Source: Candidatus Parcubacteria bacterium (GTDB lineage Bacteria; Patescibacteriota; Minisyncoccia; Phycocordibacterales; CAIJYI01). From it: 64,000 bases of DNA. Of this stretch, positions 38,693 through 47,364 are shown piece by piece. The notes beneath the pieces were generated by a model, which saw nothing but the letters and a program-made list of their open reading frames with translations, had not been told where the DNA came from and ran no database searches. The position numbers were made by a program, and so were the translations under genes. How positions within the stretch are numbered: position 1 is the stretch's first letter; each line of letters begins with the position of its first letter. The DNA lies in the NCBI GenBank assembly GCA_026395595.1, contig JAPLYL010000005.1, forward strand, positions 76,853 through 140,852. The letters run 5' to 3'.

Positions 38693-39623
38693 TAATCCTC
38701 AATTTGGCGCTTCTTGCTCTTTTGTTACTCTTTAATTCTTCTTCGCTGGGCACTATCGGTTTTTTGGTGATAAGTATTCCTTCTCCTTCTTTTGCTTTTT
38801 CCTTAAAAAACTTTTTCACTAATCGGTCTTCCGTGCTATGGAATGAAATGATGGCAATCCTTCCTCCGGGAGAAAGCGCTTCCCACGAGCTATTCAATGC
38901 TTCTTCCAGCGCCCGTATCTCATCATTTACCGCCATGCGGAGAGCCTGAAATGTTTTAGTGGCAAAATGTATTTTTCTCGCCGACCGATACCACCCCGGA
39001 ACCGCTAACTGAATGATTCCGACCAGTTCTTTCGTGGTGTGAATTTTCTGCATTCCGCGAGCCTCTACTATCCTTTCAGCAATCCTTTTCGCGAACCGTT
39101 CTTCTCCGTATCCCGAAAGTATCGTCGCAATGTTCTCTTCGTCCCACGTATTCACGATGTCTTCCGCCGTAAACGTTACTTTTGAAGGGTCGTTGGAAAA
39201 GGTCATGAGCAGTGGTTCGTCTTTCTGAAACGAAAATCCCCTTCCCGAATTTTCCAACTCATTGGAACTCAACCCGAGATCAAACAAAACTTTATCAACT
39301 TTTTCTATTCCCAATTCTTTCAAAACCGCCGATATATTTCTGAAATTTTCCGGGACCAAATGGATCGTTGCTCTGCACTCAGACAATTTTTCTTTTGCTT
39401 TCGCCAAAGCATTCGCATCAGCATCAATTCCGATAAGCATTCCCTTCTCTCCCAAAAGCGGACAAACGACAGAACTGTGCCCTCCTCCATTAGTGGTCAT
39501 ATCTACGAATGTCTCCCCATTCTTTACGGCGAGACCTTCTATAACTTCATGTAAAAGAACGCTGGTGTGTACGTTGCCTTTCAAAACTTCATCATCTTTA
39601 GTTTCTATCATTTCTTTATTCAC
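38676..39623 (-). CDS. rsmH: 16S rRNA (cytosine1402-N4)-methyltransferase RsmH (MraW)
   Basis: HTSVLL...DMTTNGGGHS SAM-binding motifs. Conserved position after mraZ. Confidence 0.9.
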   Translation of the reverse strand: MNKEMIETKDDEVLKGNVHTSVLLHEVIEGLAVKNGETFVDMTTNGGGHSSVVCPLLGEKGMLIGIDADANALAKAKEKLSECRATIHLVPENFRNISAVLKELGIEKVDKVLFDLGLSSNELENSGRGFSFQKDEPLLMTFSNDPSKVTFTAEDIVNTWDEENIATILSGYGEERFAKRIAERIVEARGMQKIHTTKELVGIIQLAVPGWYRSARKIHFATKTFQALRMAVNDEIRALEEALNSSWEALSPGGRIAIISFHSTEDRLVKKFFKEKAKEGEGILITKKPIVPSEEELKSNKRARSAKLRIIEKSL

Positions 39624-39705
39624 CGTTTTTCGGCTTATTTAATTTCAAATTCCCAATTTCTAATTTCCAAAAACGCCGGAATCATTTGAAATTAGATATT
39701 TTATT

Positions 39706-40140
39706 TTAAAACACTCCTATTTCTCCTAACTTTTGCGCCAACACATCAGCCTGTTCAACAATCTTTTTCTTGTATTCCGTCCATCGTTCTTCATTCCAGA
39801 TTTCGGCTCGGTCATGAACTCCGGTAATCACCACTTTGGCTCCCAATTCGGCAAAATCTTTCAGAAAATCCGGTACGAGAATGCGTCCGAGAGAATCAAC
39901 TTCCATTTCCACGGCGCCTCCAAGCATAAAACGATTGAAACTGCGGGTATCGGATTGTCCGGTGGAGAGTTCGGAAAGTTTCTGCGCCATTTTCTCCCAT
40001 TGTTTGAGGGAATATAACGCCAAACACTTGTCCAATCCATACGTCAAAACCACCTTCTTTCCCACCTCTTGGCGGAATTTTGAAGGCAGAGAAAGACGTT
40101 TTTTCGGATCAAGTGTATGCGTATATTCTCCTAATAACAT
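39706..40140 (-). CDS. mraZ: transcriptional regulator MraZ
   Basis: Two MraZ/SpoVT-AbrB repeats (LDPKKRLSLP, VDSLGRILVP). Start set at MLLGEY; the upstream 23 codons of the track ORF are not MraZ-like. Confidence 0.85.
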   Translation of the reverse strand: MLLGEYTHTLDPKKRLSLPSKFRQEVGKKVVLTYGLDKCLALYSLKQWEKMAQKLSELSTGQSDTRSFNRFMLGGAVEMEVDSLGRILVPDFLKDFAELGAKVVITGVHDRAEIWNEERWTEYKKKIVEQADVLAQKLGEIGVF

Positions 40141-40194
40141 GTTTTTCTTGAAAATCCCTAACTTTTCGTGCCAATACCAAAAAGTGATAGATAT

Positions 40195-40232
40195 TCCACT
40201 TCTTACCACTTGACTGTATTTTATACCACTTT
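40195..40232 (-). promoter_or_regulatory. direct repeats AAGTGGTA x2 plus AAGTGG upstream of mraZ (MraZ-box-like)
   Basis: Minus-strand reading AAGTGGTA-N12-AAGTGGTA-N4-AAGTGG, 55-90 nt upstream of the mraZ ATG. Resembles the direct-repeat MraZ operators described in Mollicutes and the TGGGN repeats of E. coli. Confidence 0.4.
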
Positions 40233-40289
40233 ATCCTAAAAAACAACCAAACTTATCCACAGGACGAGCTAAAGCTCAGAATAGAGCAA

Positions 40290-40350
40290 CAAGAAAAAAG
40301 CAAAAAGGATAAAGACGTAATCCGTCGTTAATTCCTTTTTGCTTTTTCCT
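40290..40350 (-). terminator. terminator hairpin after the CAP-domain gene
   Basis: GCAAAAAGG...CCTTTTTGC stem with an inner GACG/CGTC stem, then a T-run on the minus strand. Confidence 0.5.
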
Positions 40351-40373
40351 TTTTTCTTCTTGCTTTATTTTTT

Positions 40374-41333
40374 CTACCCCGGTACTCCGACGCAGTCGTT
40401 ATAGGCTTTTATTTCCGCATTATACTTCTCCACTATAGCACGAGTACTCAAGATAAGAGGATTGAGCGCTTCAACAATGGCATTGTATATCGCGACTTTT
40501 TGATTATAGAGAGCGTTATTTCCGCTACTCTCAATTTTTGCCATTTCATCAGTAAGAGCATTCGCTTCCACGGTGGAAGAAGCGATAATCGTTTGATTTT
40601 GGCTAATCTCCAGTTTCAAGGCTGGCTCAGGAAAGGGACAAGAAGAAGAAGGTTTGCCAAATTCTTGAACCGCGAGCCATACGTGTTTACTGTTGAATTG
40701 TCCTTCGTCAACCGCCACACCAATCTCTTCGTAGTGTCCATTCAAGATGTTGGCGCGATGTCCGGGGCTTCCCATCCACGCATCAACCAAATCTTTTTCA
40801 TTCTCAAAAATACCCAGAGCAAGATTTTCTCCAACCCAAAGATAAGAATAACCGGTTCCTGTTACCAGCGATGCCGCATCTTTTCCTGTCGGCGAAACAT
40901 GCTCAAAATACTGTTTCTCAAACATATCATGCACTTTTATAATAGCCGCCGTATCAAGCTGTGAATTTCGTTTCAACGGCAAAACGCCGTTTTGTTCTCT
41001 TTGATAATTCGTCCATTTCACTACTTCCGCGCTTTGCAATATCCCCTTCGGTTCGGTACTTCCCGCAAAAGAAACCAAGGGGCCGGGTGTTGATTGTTTG
41101 GCTCGGACAGAAGGAACGGGTGTAACAGAAGTTTTTTGAGGAGCAGAGGGACTCACTATTTTTTTCTGATTTATCACCGGCTCAGAAAGGCTTTTGCTTT
41201 TTTGAGGAACTGTGTTTTTTTCAGAGGTCTGAGTGATGGCTTCTTGAGAAATCGTGTTAAAAAAGCCGATGCCGAGGACCATAAAAAATAATCCGAGAAT
41301 AATCAGCAAAAAAATTGAGAGAGTCTTTTTCAT
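40374..41333 (-). CDS. secreted CAP/SCP-like (PR-1 superfamily) protein
   Basis: Signal or TM at N-terminus. Ser/Pro-rich linker. C-terminal CAP-like segment (GENLALG...WMGSPGHRANILNGHYEEIGVAV). Confidence 0.65.
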   Translation of the reverse strand: MKKTLSIFLLIILGLFFMVLGIGFFNTISQEAITQTSEKNTVPQKSKSLSEPVINQKKIVSPSAPQKTSVTPVPSVRAKQSTPGPLVSFAGSTEPKGILQSAEVVKWTNYQREQNGVLPLKRNSQLDTAAIIKVHDMFEKQYFEHVSPTGKDAASLVTGTGYSYLWVGENLALGIFENEKDLVDAWMGSPGHRANILNGHYEEIGVAVDEGQFNSKHVWLAVQEFGKPSSSCPFPEPALKLEISQNQTIIASSTVEANALTDEMAKIESSGNNALYNQKVAIYNAIVEALNPLILSTRAIVEKYNAEIKAYNDCVGVPG

Positions 41334-41350
41334 ATTGGTAATGAAAGGAT

Positions 41351-41782
41351 TTATTGCACTTTCAACAATTCCACATCAAAAATTAACGTTGATCCGGGGG
41401 GTATAATACCGGAACCCTCGTTGCCATAAGCAAGCGCAGGAGGAATAGTCAATTTTCTTTTTCCTCCGACCCTCATACCGACAATACCCTCATCCCACCC
41501 TTTAATGACTTCTCCGAAACCAAGCGTAAAAGTAAAAGGAGTATCTCCGTGATCGCGACTTGCGTCAAATTTTGTACCGTTAGGAAGCGTTCCAAGATAA
41601 TTCACGGAAATCTTTTGACCGGGAACCGCCGTCATACCGTCTCCAATCAGAGTGTCTTCAATAACAATTCCGGAGTCCAGCGTTTTGGAATATCCGCTCA
41701 TAACAGAAGGAAGGGAAAAATAATATCCACAACCTAAAAAAAGCACCACTCCAACTGTTGCGATAAGCATCTCTTGTTTCAT
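41351..41782 (-). CDS. FKBP-type peptidyl-prolyl cis-trans isomerase
   Basis: Signal anchor plus FKBP core ([18 protein letters not shown]...[15 protein letters not shown]...[11 protein letters not shown]). Confidence 0.9.
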   Translation of the reverse strand: MKQEMLIATVGVVLFLGCGYYFSLPSVMSGYSKTLDSGIVIEDTLIGDGMTAVPGQKISVNYLGTLPNGTKFDASRDHGDTPFTFTLGFGEVIKGWDEGIVGMRVGGKRKLTIPPALAYGNEGSGIIPPGSTLIFDVELLKVQ

Positions 41783-41858
41783 TCCAATAAAAGTAAATGG
41801 TAATATATATATTATATCAAAAAAAGAGAAAAAAGAATAAAACTTTTTAAATTACATT

Positions 41859-41886
41859 TTGTCAGCTATTTTAAAGATGGTATAAT
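41859..41886 (+). promoter_or_regulatory. sigma70 promoter TTGTCA-N16-TGgTATAAT, 10 nt upstream of ATG (near-leaderless)
   Basis: Hexamers read directly. The ATG of the binding-protein gene is at 41897. Confidence 0.5.
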
Positions 41887-41896
41887 TAATGTACTT

Positions 41897-42886
41897 ATGA
41901 ATAAAAAAATTGTTGTATCCACCATCGCGATTATTATTTTTATTATCATCGGTATCATATGGAAGCAAACGAGACCAATACCAAAATATACCGGACCGAT
42001 TGAAAAAGTTGTCGTGGCCGACGACTTATACATTCTTAATATAATAGCGCAAGAAAAAGATTTTTTTAAGGAAAATGGATTGGATGCGCATATTACGAAA
42101 GTTGCATCCGGATTATCTGCGATTAACGATCTTTTAGCGGGAAAGGTTGATATTGCTCCAGTGACAGATTTTGTAGGGGTTGGAAAAATTTATAGCAATA
42201 AAAATCTGCGAATTTTAACACAGTTATCAAAAAATAAAGGCGTTAGCATGATAGCAAGAAAAGACAAAGGAATCAGCCAACCCTCAGATTTGAGGGGGAA
42301 GACAATCGGTGTTGCAAAAAAAACTATCGGAGAATTTTTCTTAGGTCAATTTTTAACAGCCAATGACCTTTCTTTTAATGACATCTCAGAAGTTGACTTA
42401 ACTTCTGAGGAAATAATAAACCAGATAGAAAATGGACAAGTTGATGCGGTTGCCATTTGGGAACCGTATGTTTATGGTATCCGCGAAAAAATGGGGGATG
42501 AAATCATAATATGGCCAGACAATTCCGGTTTTTTTATCATAGCTTATTCAACCGATGAATTTATCAAAGCACACCCTGTTATCATAGAACGATACTTGCG
42601 TACGATGATCCAAACGGTACAGTATATAAAAAACAACTCGATAGAAGCAAAAGCCATAGTTGCAAAAAAGTTCCATTACGAAAATGCATATATAAAATAT
42701 ACTTGGCCTCTCTATGATTTTAATATCTCTTTAGAACAATCATTACTTCCTGCATTGGAGAGTGAGTCTCGTTTTTCCATCGCGAATAAATTAACAAACC
42801 AAACAGAAGTGCCAAATTATTTAAATTTTATTTATTTTGATGCGCTAGAGAAAATTAAACCGGAAGCGATAACTATAATTAAATAA
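41897..42886 (+). CDS. periplasmic substrate-binding protein (NMT1/SsuA/TauA-like SBP fold), membrane anchored
   Basis: N-terminal TM anchor. Two-lobe SBP pattern (GKVDIAPVTDF...LRGKTIGVAKKTIGEFFL...VDAVAIWEPYV). Stop 2 nt before the kinase gene. Confidence 0.65.
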   Translation: MNKKIVVSTIAIIIFIIIGIIWKQTRPIPKYTGPIEKVVVADDLYILNIIAQEKDFFKENGLDAHITKVASGLSAINDLLAGKVDIAPVTDFVGVGKIYSNKNLRILTQLSKNKGVSMIARKDKGISQPSDLRGKTIGVAKKTIGEFFLGQFLTANDLSFNDISEVDLTSEEIINQIENGQVDAVAIWEPYVYGIREKMGDEIIIWPDNSGFFIIAYSTDEFIKAHPVIIERYLRTMIQTVQYIKNNSIEAKAIVAKKFHYENAYIKYTWPLYDFNISLEQSLLPALESESRFSIANKLTNQTEVPNYLNFIYFDALEKIKPEAITIIK

Positions 42887-42888
42887 GT

Positions 42889-44826
42889 ATGAAAGTAAGC
42901 ACAAAACTTCGTTTGAATTCGTATCTTATCATTATTTTTGCGATAGTTTTTATCGGCGCGGTTTTTTTCCTTATTTTTGAACTGCAAAAATCCCAACAAG
43001 AACAAAGACTGACTCAGAAAATCACTCGAGATTCATTTCAATTAATATCGCTTCAAGATGAATATCTTTTACACCCGTCAGAACGACCAAAAAGCCAATG
43101 GCGTATCGTGTATCAATCGCTCCTAAAAAGCATAGATGAAGGAAAATCCGTTTTTACCGAGCCTGAAGAAAGTTTCTTGTTTAGAAATACTTTTCTTTCT
43201 TTTGACGACAACAAAGCTCTTTTTGAACAAATGATCGGATCCATAGAGCAAGGCAAAACCCGAGCATTTATAGAACAAAAAAAAGATATTCTTTCAGTAA
43301 AAGCCCAAGAACGCGTCTCAAAAATGCTTATTTTATCCGAATTGAGCAACGCAAGATCGGTTTCTTTCTGGTATTTGCTTGAATTCATCATAATAATTTT
43401 GGTTTGTGTCATCGGAGCAATCTCTGTCTTTTCGTACAAAACAAGCCGTTCAATGAGCAAATCGCTCCGCAAAATCAATCAAGGTACAAAAATTATTGCC
43501 GGCGGAAATCTTAATTACACTCTTGATATAAAAAACGAAGATGAGTTTGGTTCACTGTCCGCTTTACTGAATGAAATGACCTCCAAGCTAAAAAGTTCCT
43601 TCATAAGCCTGGAACAATCGGAAGAACGAGTTAAAAATAGAACGCGAGATCTGGAAAAAGAACGCGCGGAGACATTGGAAGCAAAAACCAAATACGAAAC
43701 CATGTTGGTTAGTATCAACGATGGTGTCATTTCGGTTGACACTGCAGGGAAAATAATCTTCATGAATAAAGCCGCTCAGGTAATGCTCGGCTATTATCCG
43801 AAAGAAACGAGGAACGAGGACCTCTCTGATACAGTTACCGTTGAAGATAAAGACGGAAATATCATACCGCAAGAAAAACAACCAATGAACCTTGCTCTCA
43901 CTGGCGTTCCGACAATTTCTACTGTCGCCACAGGCCCCAGTTATCAATATGTACGAAAAGATAAAACAAAATTCCCTGCCGCAATGACGGTATCCCCTAT
44001 TATCCTTGATAAAAAAATAATAGGCGCGGTTGAGGTGTTCCGCGATATCACCAAAGAAAAAGAAATAGACAAAGCTAAAACGGAATTCGTTTTACTTGCC
44101 TCTCATCAGCTCCGCACGCCACCTACGAGTATGAAATGGTTTTTGGAGATGCTGCTTGCTGAAGAAGCCGGACCGCTAAACGAAAAACAAAAAGAATATT
44201 CTGAAGAGATTTACCAAAGCAACGAAAGAATGATTATTCTCATCAATTCATTGCTTAACGTATCGCGGGTTGAACTCGGCACATTCGCAATAGAACCAAA
44301 ATCAACTGATGTTATCAGTCTCATTAAAGGGGCGACAAAAGACTTGGAATTGGAAATAAAGGAAAAAGAGTTGGAAATACACGAGAAATATCCGGGAGAA
44401 CTTCAGCTGTTTTTTATTGATCCAAAACTTTCCCGCATCGCCATACAAAACGTTATCTCTAACGCAGTGAAATATACCCCAAAAAGAGGCTCTATTGAGG
44501 TGGAAGTTTTTCTGAAGAATCGTGGAGAAAACATAGGGAATCACTCTATCCAAAAAGATAGTTTAGTTATTACCGTATCAGACACGGGGATCGGCATTCC
44601 TAAAGACCAACAAGACAAGATCTTCACTAAACTCTTCCGGGCAGACAACGTCAAAGAAAAAGATACGGACGGCAATGGGTTGGGGCTATATCTTGCAAAA
44701 TCAATCATTAACGGAATAAAAGGAGACATTTGGTTTGAGTCTGAATTAAATAAAGGGACAAAGTTCTACCTCACGATTCCATTCAATGAAACAAAAAGTC
44801 GAGAAGGGACAAAACCGCCTATCTGA
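42889..44826 (+). CDS. sensor histidine kinase (TM, HAMP, PAS, HisKA, HATPase_c)
   Basis: H-box ASHQLRTPPTSMKWF. N box NVISNAVKYT. G boxes DTGIGIP and GNGLGLYLAK. Paralog of the kinases at 8962 and 23492. Confidence 0.9.
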   Translation: MKVSTKLRLNSYLIIIFAIVFIGAVFFLIFELQKSQQEQRLTQKITRDSFQLISLQDEYLLHPSERPKSQWRIVYQSLLKSIDEGKSVFTEPEESFLFRNTFLSFDDNKALFEQMIGSIEQGKTRAFIEQKKDILSVKAQERVSKMLILSELSNARSVSFWYLLEFIIIILVCVIGAISVFSYKTSRSMSKSLRKINQGTKIIAGGNLNYTLDIKNEDEFGSLSALLNEMTSKLKSSFISLEQSEERVKNRTRDLEKERAETLEAKTKYETMLVSINDGVISVDTAGKIIFMNKAAQVMLGYYPKETRNEDLSDTVTVEDKDGNIIPQEKQPMNLALTGVPTISTVATGPSYQYVRKDKTKFPAAMTVSPIILDKKIIGAVEVFRDITKEKEIDKAKTEFVLLASHQLRTPPTSMKWFLEMLLAEEAGPLNEKQKEYSEEIYQSNERMIILINSLLNVSRVELGTFAIEPKSTDVISLIKGATKDLELEIKEKELEIHEKYPGELQLFFIDPKLSRIAIQNVISNAVKYTPKRGSIEVEVFLKNRGENIGNHSIQKDSLVITVSDTGIGIPKDQQDKIFTKLFRADNVKEKDTDGNGLGLYLAKSIINGIKGDIWFESELNKGTKFYLTIPFNETKSREGTKPPI

Positions 44827-44835
44827 TAATATAAA

Positions 44836-44878
44836 AACCCCCGCACTGAATTATTCAGTGCGGGGGTTTGCGGTTTAC
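44836..44878. terminator. bidirectional terminator
   Basis: CCCCCGCACTGAAT-TAT-TCAGTGCGGGGG plus T-rich tail. Confidence 0.7.
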
Positions 44879-44893
44879 ACGTGAAGTCCTTTA

Positions 44894-45559
44894 TCAGACA
44901 ATTTGAGGTACCAGAAAACAGTATCCAAAACCCTTTTCGCTTGCGTTCGCTTTGCGGGCGATGTTGTGCACATCAAAATAGATATTCTCGCCCAGATTAA
45001 CGATATGAAAAGCATACGCAGCCCCGCGTTCGTGAATGACGGGAATGTGCATGATGACAAGGTTCCTGATACCAAGATCATCGAATTGTTTTTTGGTAAA
45101 TTTTTCTTTAACCAAACTGGCCACTTCCATCGGAGCTGTTAACCATCCGCGACAAGAGGCTTCTGCGTAAATATCATCCATAATGCGGTTTTTTCCGCAG
45201 AGATCATCACCATAGATAATTCCCAAAAGATAAGTCACTCCGCTCGTAATCTTGGATTTTGGAAAAATCATCATAGATACGGCGTCATGACCGACTCGAT
45301 GACCTCTTCCTTTCAAAAATACAGAAAGTTGATTCCATGCAACTCCATTTGAAGTGACTGTAAATATATCAGGTCTTTTTACACTTGGATATTTTGCGCC
45401 ATTTTTCAAAAAATTCGTAAACCGTCTGCCAAATTCTTTTGGCGGAAGGTCAATAACTTCAGACTGAAGTTCATCGCCATTGAGCTCGTCCCAATCAACT
45501 TGGGTTCCCACTCGGGCGTTTATTTGCAGAGCTTGACCACGTGATGTAGCTGTACTCAT
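44894..45559 (-). CDS. hypothetical protein (221 aa)
   Basis: AAAGGAGAAG RBS 7 nt upstream of the ATG at 45559 (MSTATSRGQ...). No recognisable motif. Confidence 0.5.
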   Translation of the reverse strand: MSTATSRGQALQINARVGTQVDWDELNGDELQSEVIDLPPKEFGRRFTNFLKNGAKYPSVKRPDIFTVTSNGVAWNQLSVFLKGRGHRVGHDAVSMMIFPKSKITSGVTYLLGIIYGDDLCGKNRIMDDIYAEASCRGWLTAPMEVASLVKEKFTKKQFDDLGIRNLVIMHIPVIHERGAAYAFHIVNLGENIYFDVHNIARKANASEKGFGYCFLVPQIV

Positions 45560-45680
45560 TGTACTTCTCCTTTCAAACAACTCATTGCCATTCAAACAAA
45601 GAACGGACCATTTCCGTTCAAGTCATGACAACCTCCTCAAGGGTATTTAAAAAGAAGAAAAAAGTCAATCTTTTTGTATA

Positions 45681-46754
45681 TTATGAGATAATTCCCCCTC
45701 CAAGACATTCCTCTTTATCATAAACCACCACAGACTGTCCGGGGGCTGACGGATCTTGCGGTTCTATGAACTCAATCTTATCCCCAAAAACTTTGCACGG
45801 AAAAAGTTCCGCGCGATAACGAGTTCGTGCTGAATATATTTCGTCAGGAGACGGCGCTTCCGCTATCCAATTTATGTTTTCAAGGGTAATCGTTTGAGAC
45901 CCTTTTCCTTTCAGGCTTCCCTGTTCTTTGTGAGATACGGTCAGGGTATTTTTCAAAATATCTTTAGCGATAACAAAATACGGAGCATCGCTCGTTCCTT
46001 TTTTCGTAATGGTAAATCCGTGACGAGAACCAAGCGTGTGAAAAATGACACCGTCGTGATACCCGATAATTTCGCCTTTTTCATTCAGCACATCACCGCG
46101 TTTTTTTTCTTCGTAGTGTTCCAAAAAATCGGACATGTCTAATTTTCCCAAAAAACAAACACCCTGACTGTCTTTCTTTTCCGCCGTCGGCAATCCGAAT
46201 TTTTGCGCCAATTTTCTTACTTCCGGTTTTTCAATATCGCCCACAGGAAATAAAATATGTTTGAGTTGTTCCTGCGTCAAAGTCCACAAAAAATATGATT
46301 GATCTTTATTCTTATCAACCCCCATAAAAAGTGCGTATTCGTCCCTTTTTTCTTTTTTCTTTTTTCTTTTTTCTCTCCGCGCATAATGACCGGTAGCGAC
46401 AAAGTCTGCTCCATTCGCAAGTGCATATTTCAAAAATCCGCCAAACTTCACATTCTTATTGCACATCACGTCGGGGTTCGGAGTTCTGCCTTTTCGGTAT
46501 TCTTCTATCATATAATCCGCGACTTCTTCCTTATATTCTTTTTCCAGATCAAGCGTTTCAAAAGGGATTCCCAAGTGAGCCGCGACCCTCATCGCGTCCA
46601 GACGATCTTCTTTCCATGTGCACGGCAAAAAATCCGGATGCCATGTTTTAATAAAAACACCCGTTACGTCATATCCTTCTTTCTGAAGCAAAGCTGCCGA
46701 AACAGAACTGTCTACTCCGCCCGAAAGCCCGACATATACTTTTTTACCTGTCAT
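45681..46754 (-). CDS. mnmA: tRNA-specific 2-thiouridylase MnmA (with Lys-rich insertion)
   Basis: PP-loop SGGVDSS. Catalytic Cys context. ATGHYARR...DKNKDQSYFL. The insertion EKRKKKKEKR is encoded by a (TTTTTTC)x4 repeat. Confidence 0.9.
   Translation of the reverse strand: MTGKKVYVGLSGGVDSSVSAALLQKEGYDVTGVFIKTWHPDFLPCTWKEDRLDAMRVAAHLGIPFETLDLEKEYKEEVADYMIEEYRKGRTPNPDVMCNKNVKFGGFLKYALANGADFVATGHYARREKRKKKKEKRDEYALFMGVDKNKDQSYFLWTLTQEQLKHILFPVGDIEKPEVRKLAQKFGLPTAEKKDSQGVCFLGKLDMSDFLEHYEEKKRGDVLNEKGEIIGYHDGVIFHTLGSRHGFTITKKGTSDAPYFVIAKDILKNTLTVSHKEQGSLKGKGSQTITLENINWIAEAPSPDEIYSARTRYRAELFPCKVFGDKIEFIEPQDPSAPGQSVVVYDKEECLGGGIIS
46347..46374. repeat. heptanucleotide tandem repeat (TTTTTTC)x4 inside the mnmA coding sequence
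   Basis: Four perfect 7-nt units read directly. They encode the Lys-rich insertion. Confidence 0.8.
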
Positions 46755-46800
46755 TCGCTTATTCTATGCGATTTGACAAACTTTTTCAAGAGTGATAAAG

Positions 46801-47358
46801 CTATTCTTTTTCTGCTAAGAGTTTTTTGTACACCTCAAAAGTCGCGCGCGCGTCAGAGAGAGCCGTATGCGCATTTTGATTGGTTATGCCGAAATACTCG
46901 CAGAGAAAACGGAGTGAGAATTTCTCCACTTCCGGTTTATCGTAAAGAACGGCAAAAGCGAGCGAAATCGTGTCTATCCGATGATAATGCATCAGATTTT
47001 TCACTCCGCTTTTCTTAAAAGCCTTATCAATAAAAGCCAGGTCAAAAGCAACATTATGCGCCACAAAAGATGCGCCTCGGACTTTTTCCGAAAACTTTTC
47101 CATGGCTTCTTTGAGAGGAATGGCAGTAGCCCACCGTTCAGGAGTATAGCCGTTTATCATCAACGATTCCGGATCGGCGGTTTCCAAATGCTCGGGCAGA
47201 ATTTTAAATTCAAACTCGTCCAACACTTCAAGCGCGGGGCCTTTCCCTTCTCTCGGAACCTGTCTTGCCAAAATACATCCGATTTCAATCAGTTCGTGTT
47301 TTTCGGGATCCAACCCTGTGGTTTCTACATCAATAAAAGCGAGATTATGCGTTTTCAT
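46801..47358 (-). CDS. DEDDh 3'-5' exonuclease (DnaQ/epsilon-like)
   Basis: Exo I (FIDVETTGLDP), Exo II (FVAHNVAFDLAFI) and Exo III (H..LSDARA) motifs. Confidence 0.85.
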   Translation of the reverse strand: MKTHNLAFIDVETTGLDPEKHELIEIGCILARQVPREGKGPALEVLDEFEFKILPEHLETADPESLMINGYTPERWATAIPLKEAMEKFSEKVRGASFVAHNVAFDLAFIDKAFKKSGVKNLMHYHRIDTISLAFAVLYDKPEVEKFSLRFLCEYFGITNQNAHTALSDARATFEVYKKLLAEKE

Positions 47359-47364
47359 AAGTAA

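Noticed and set aside
46299-47018. 239-aa plus-strand ORF spanning the mnmA 5-prime end and the exonuclease 3-prime end
   Set aside because: Overlaps two well-supported minus-strand genes. It is driven by the poly-T heptamer repeat and has no recognisable motifs.
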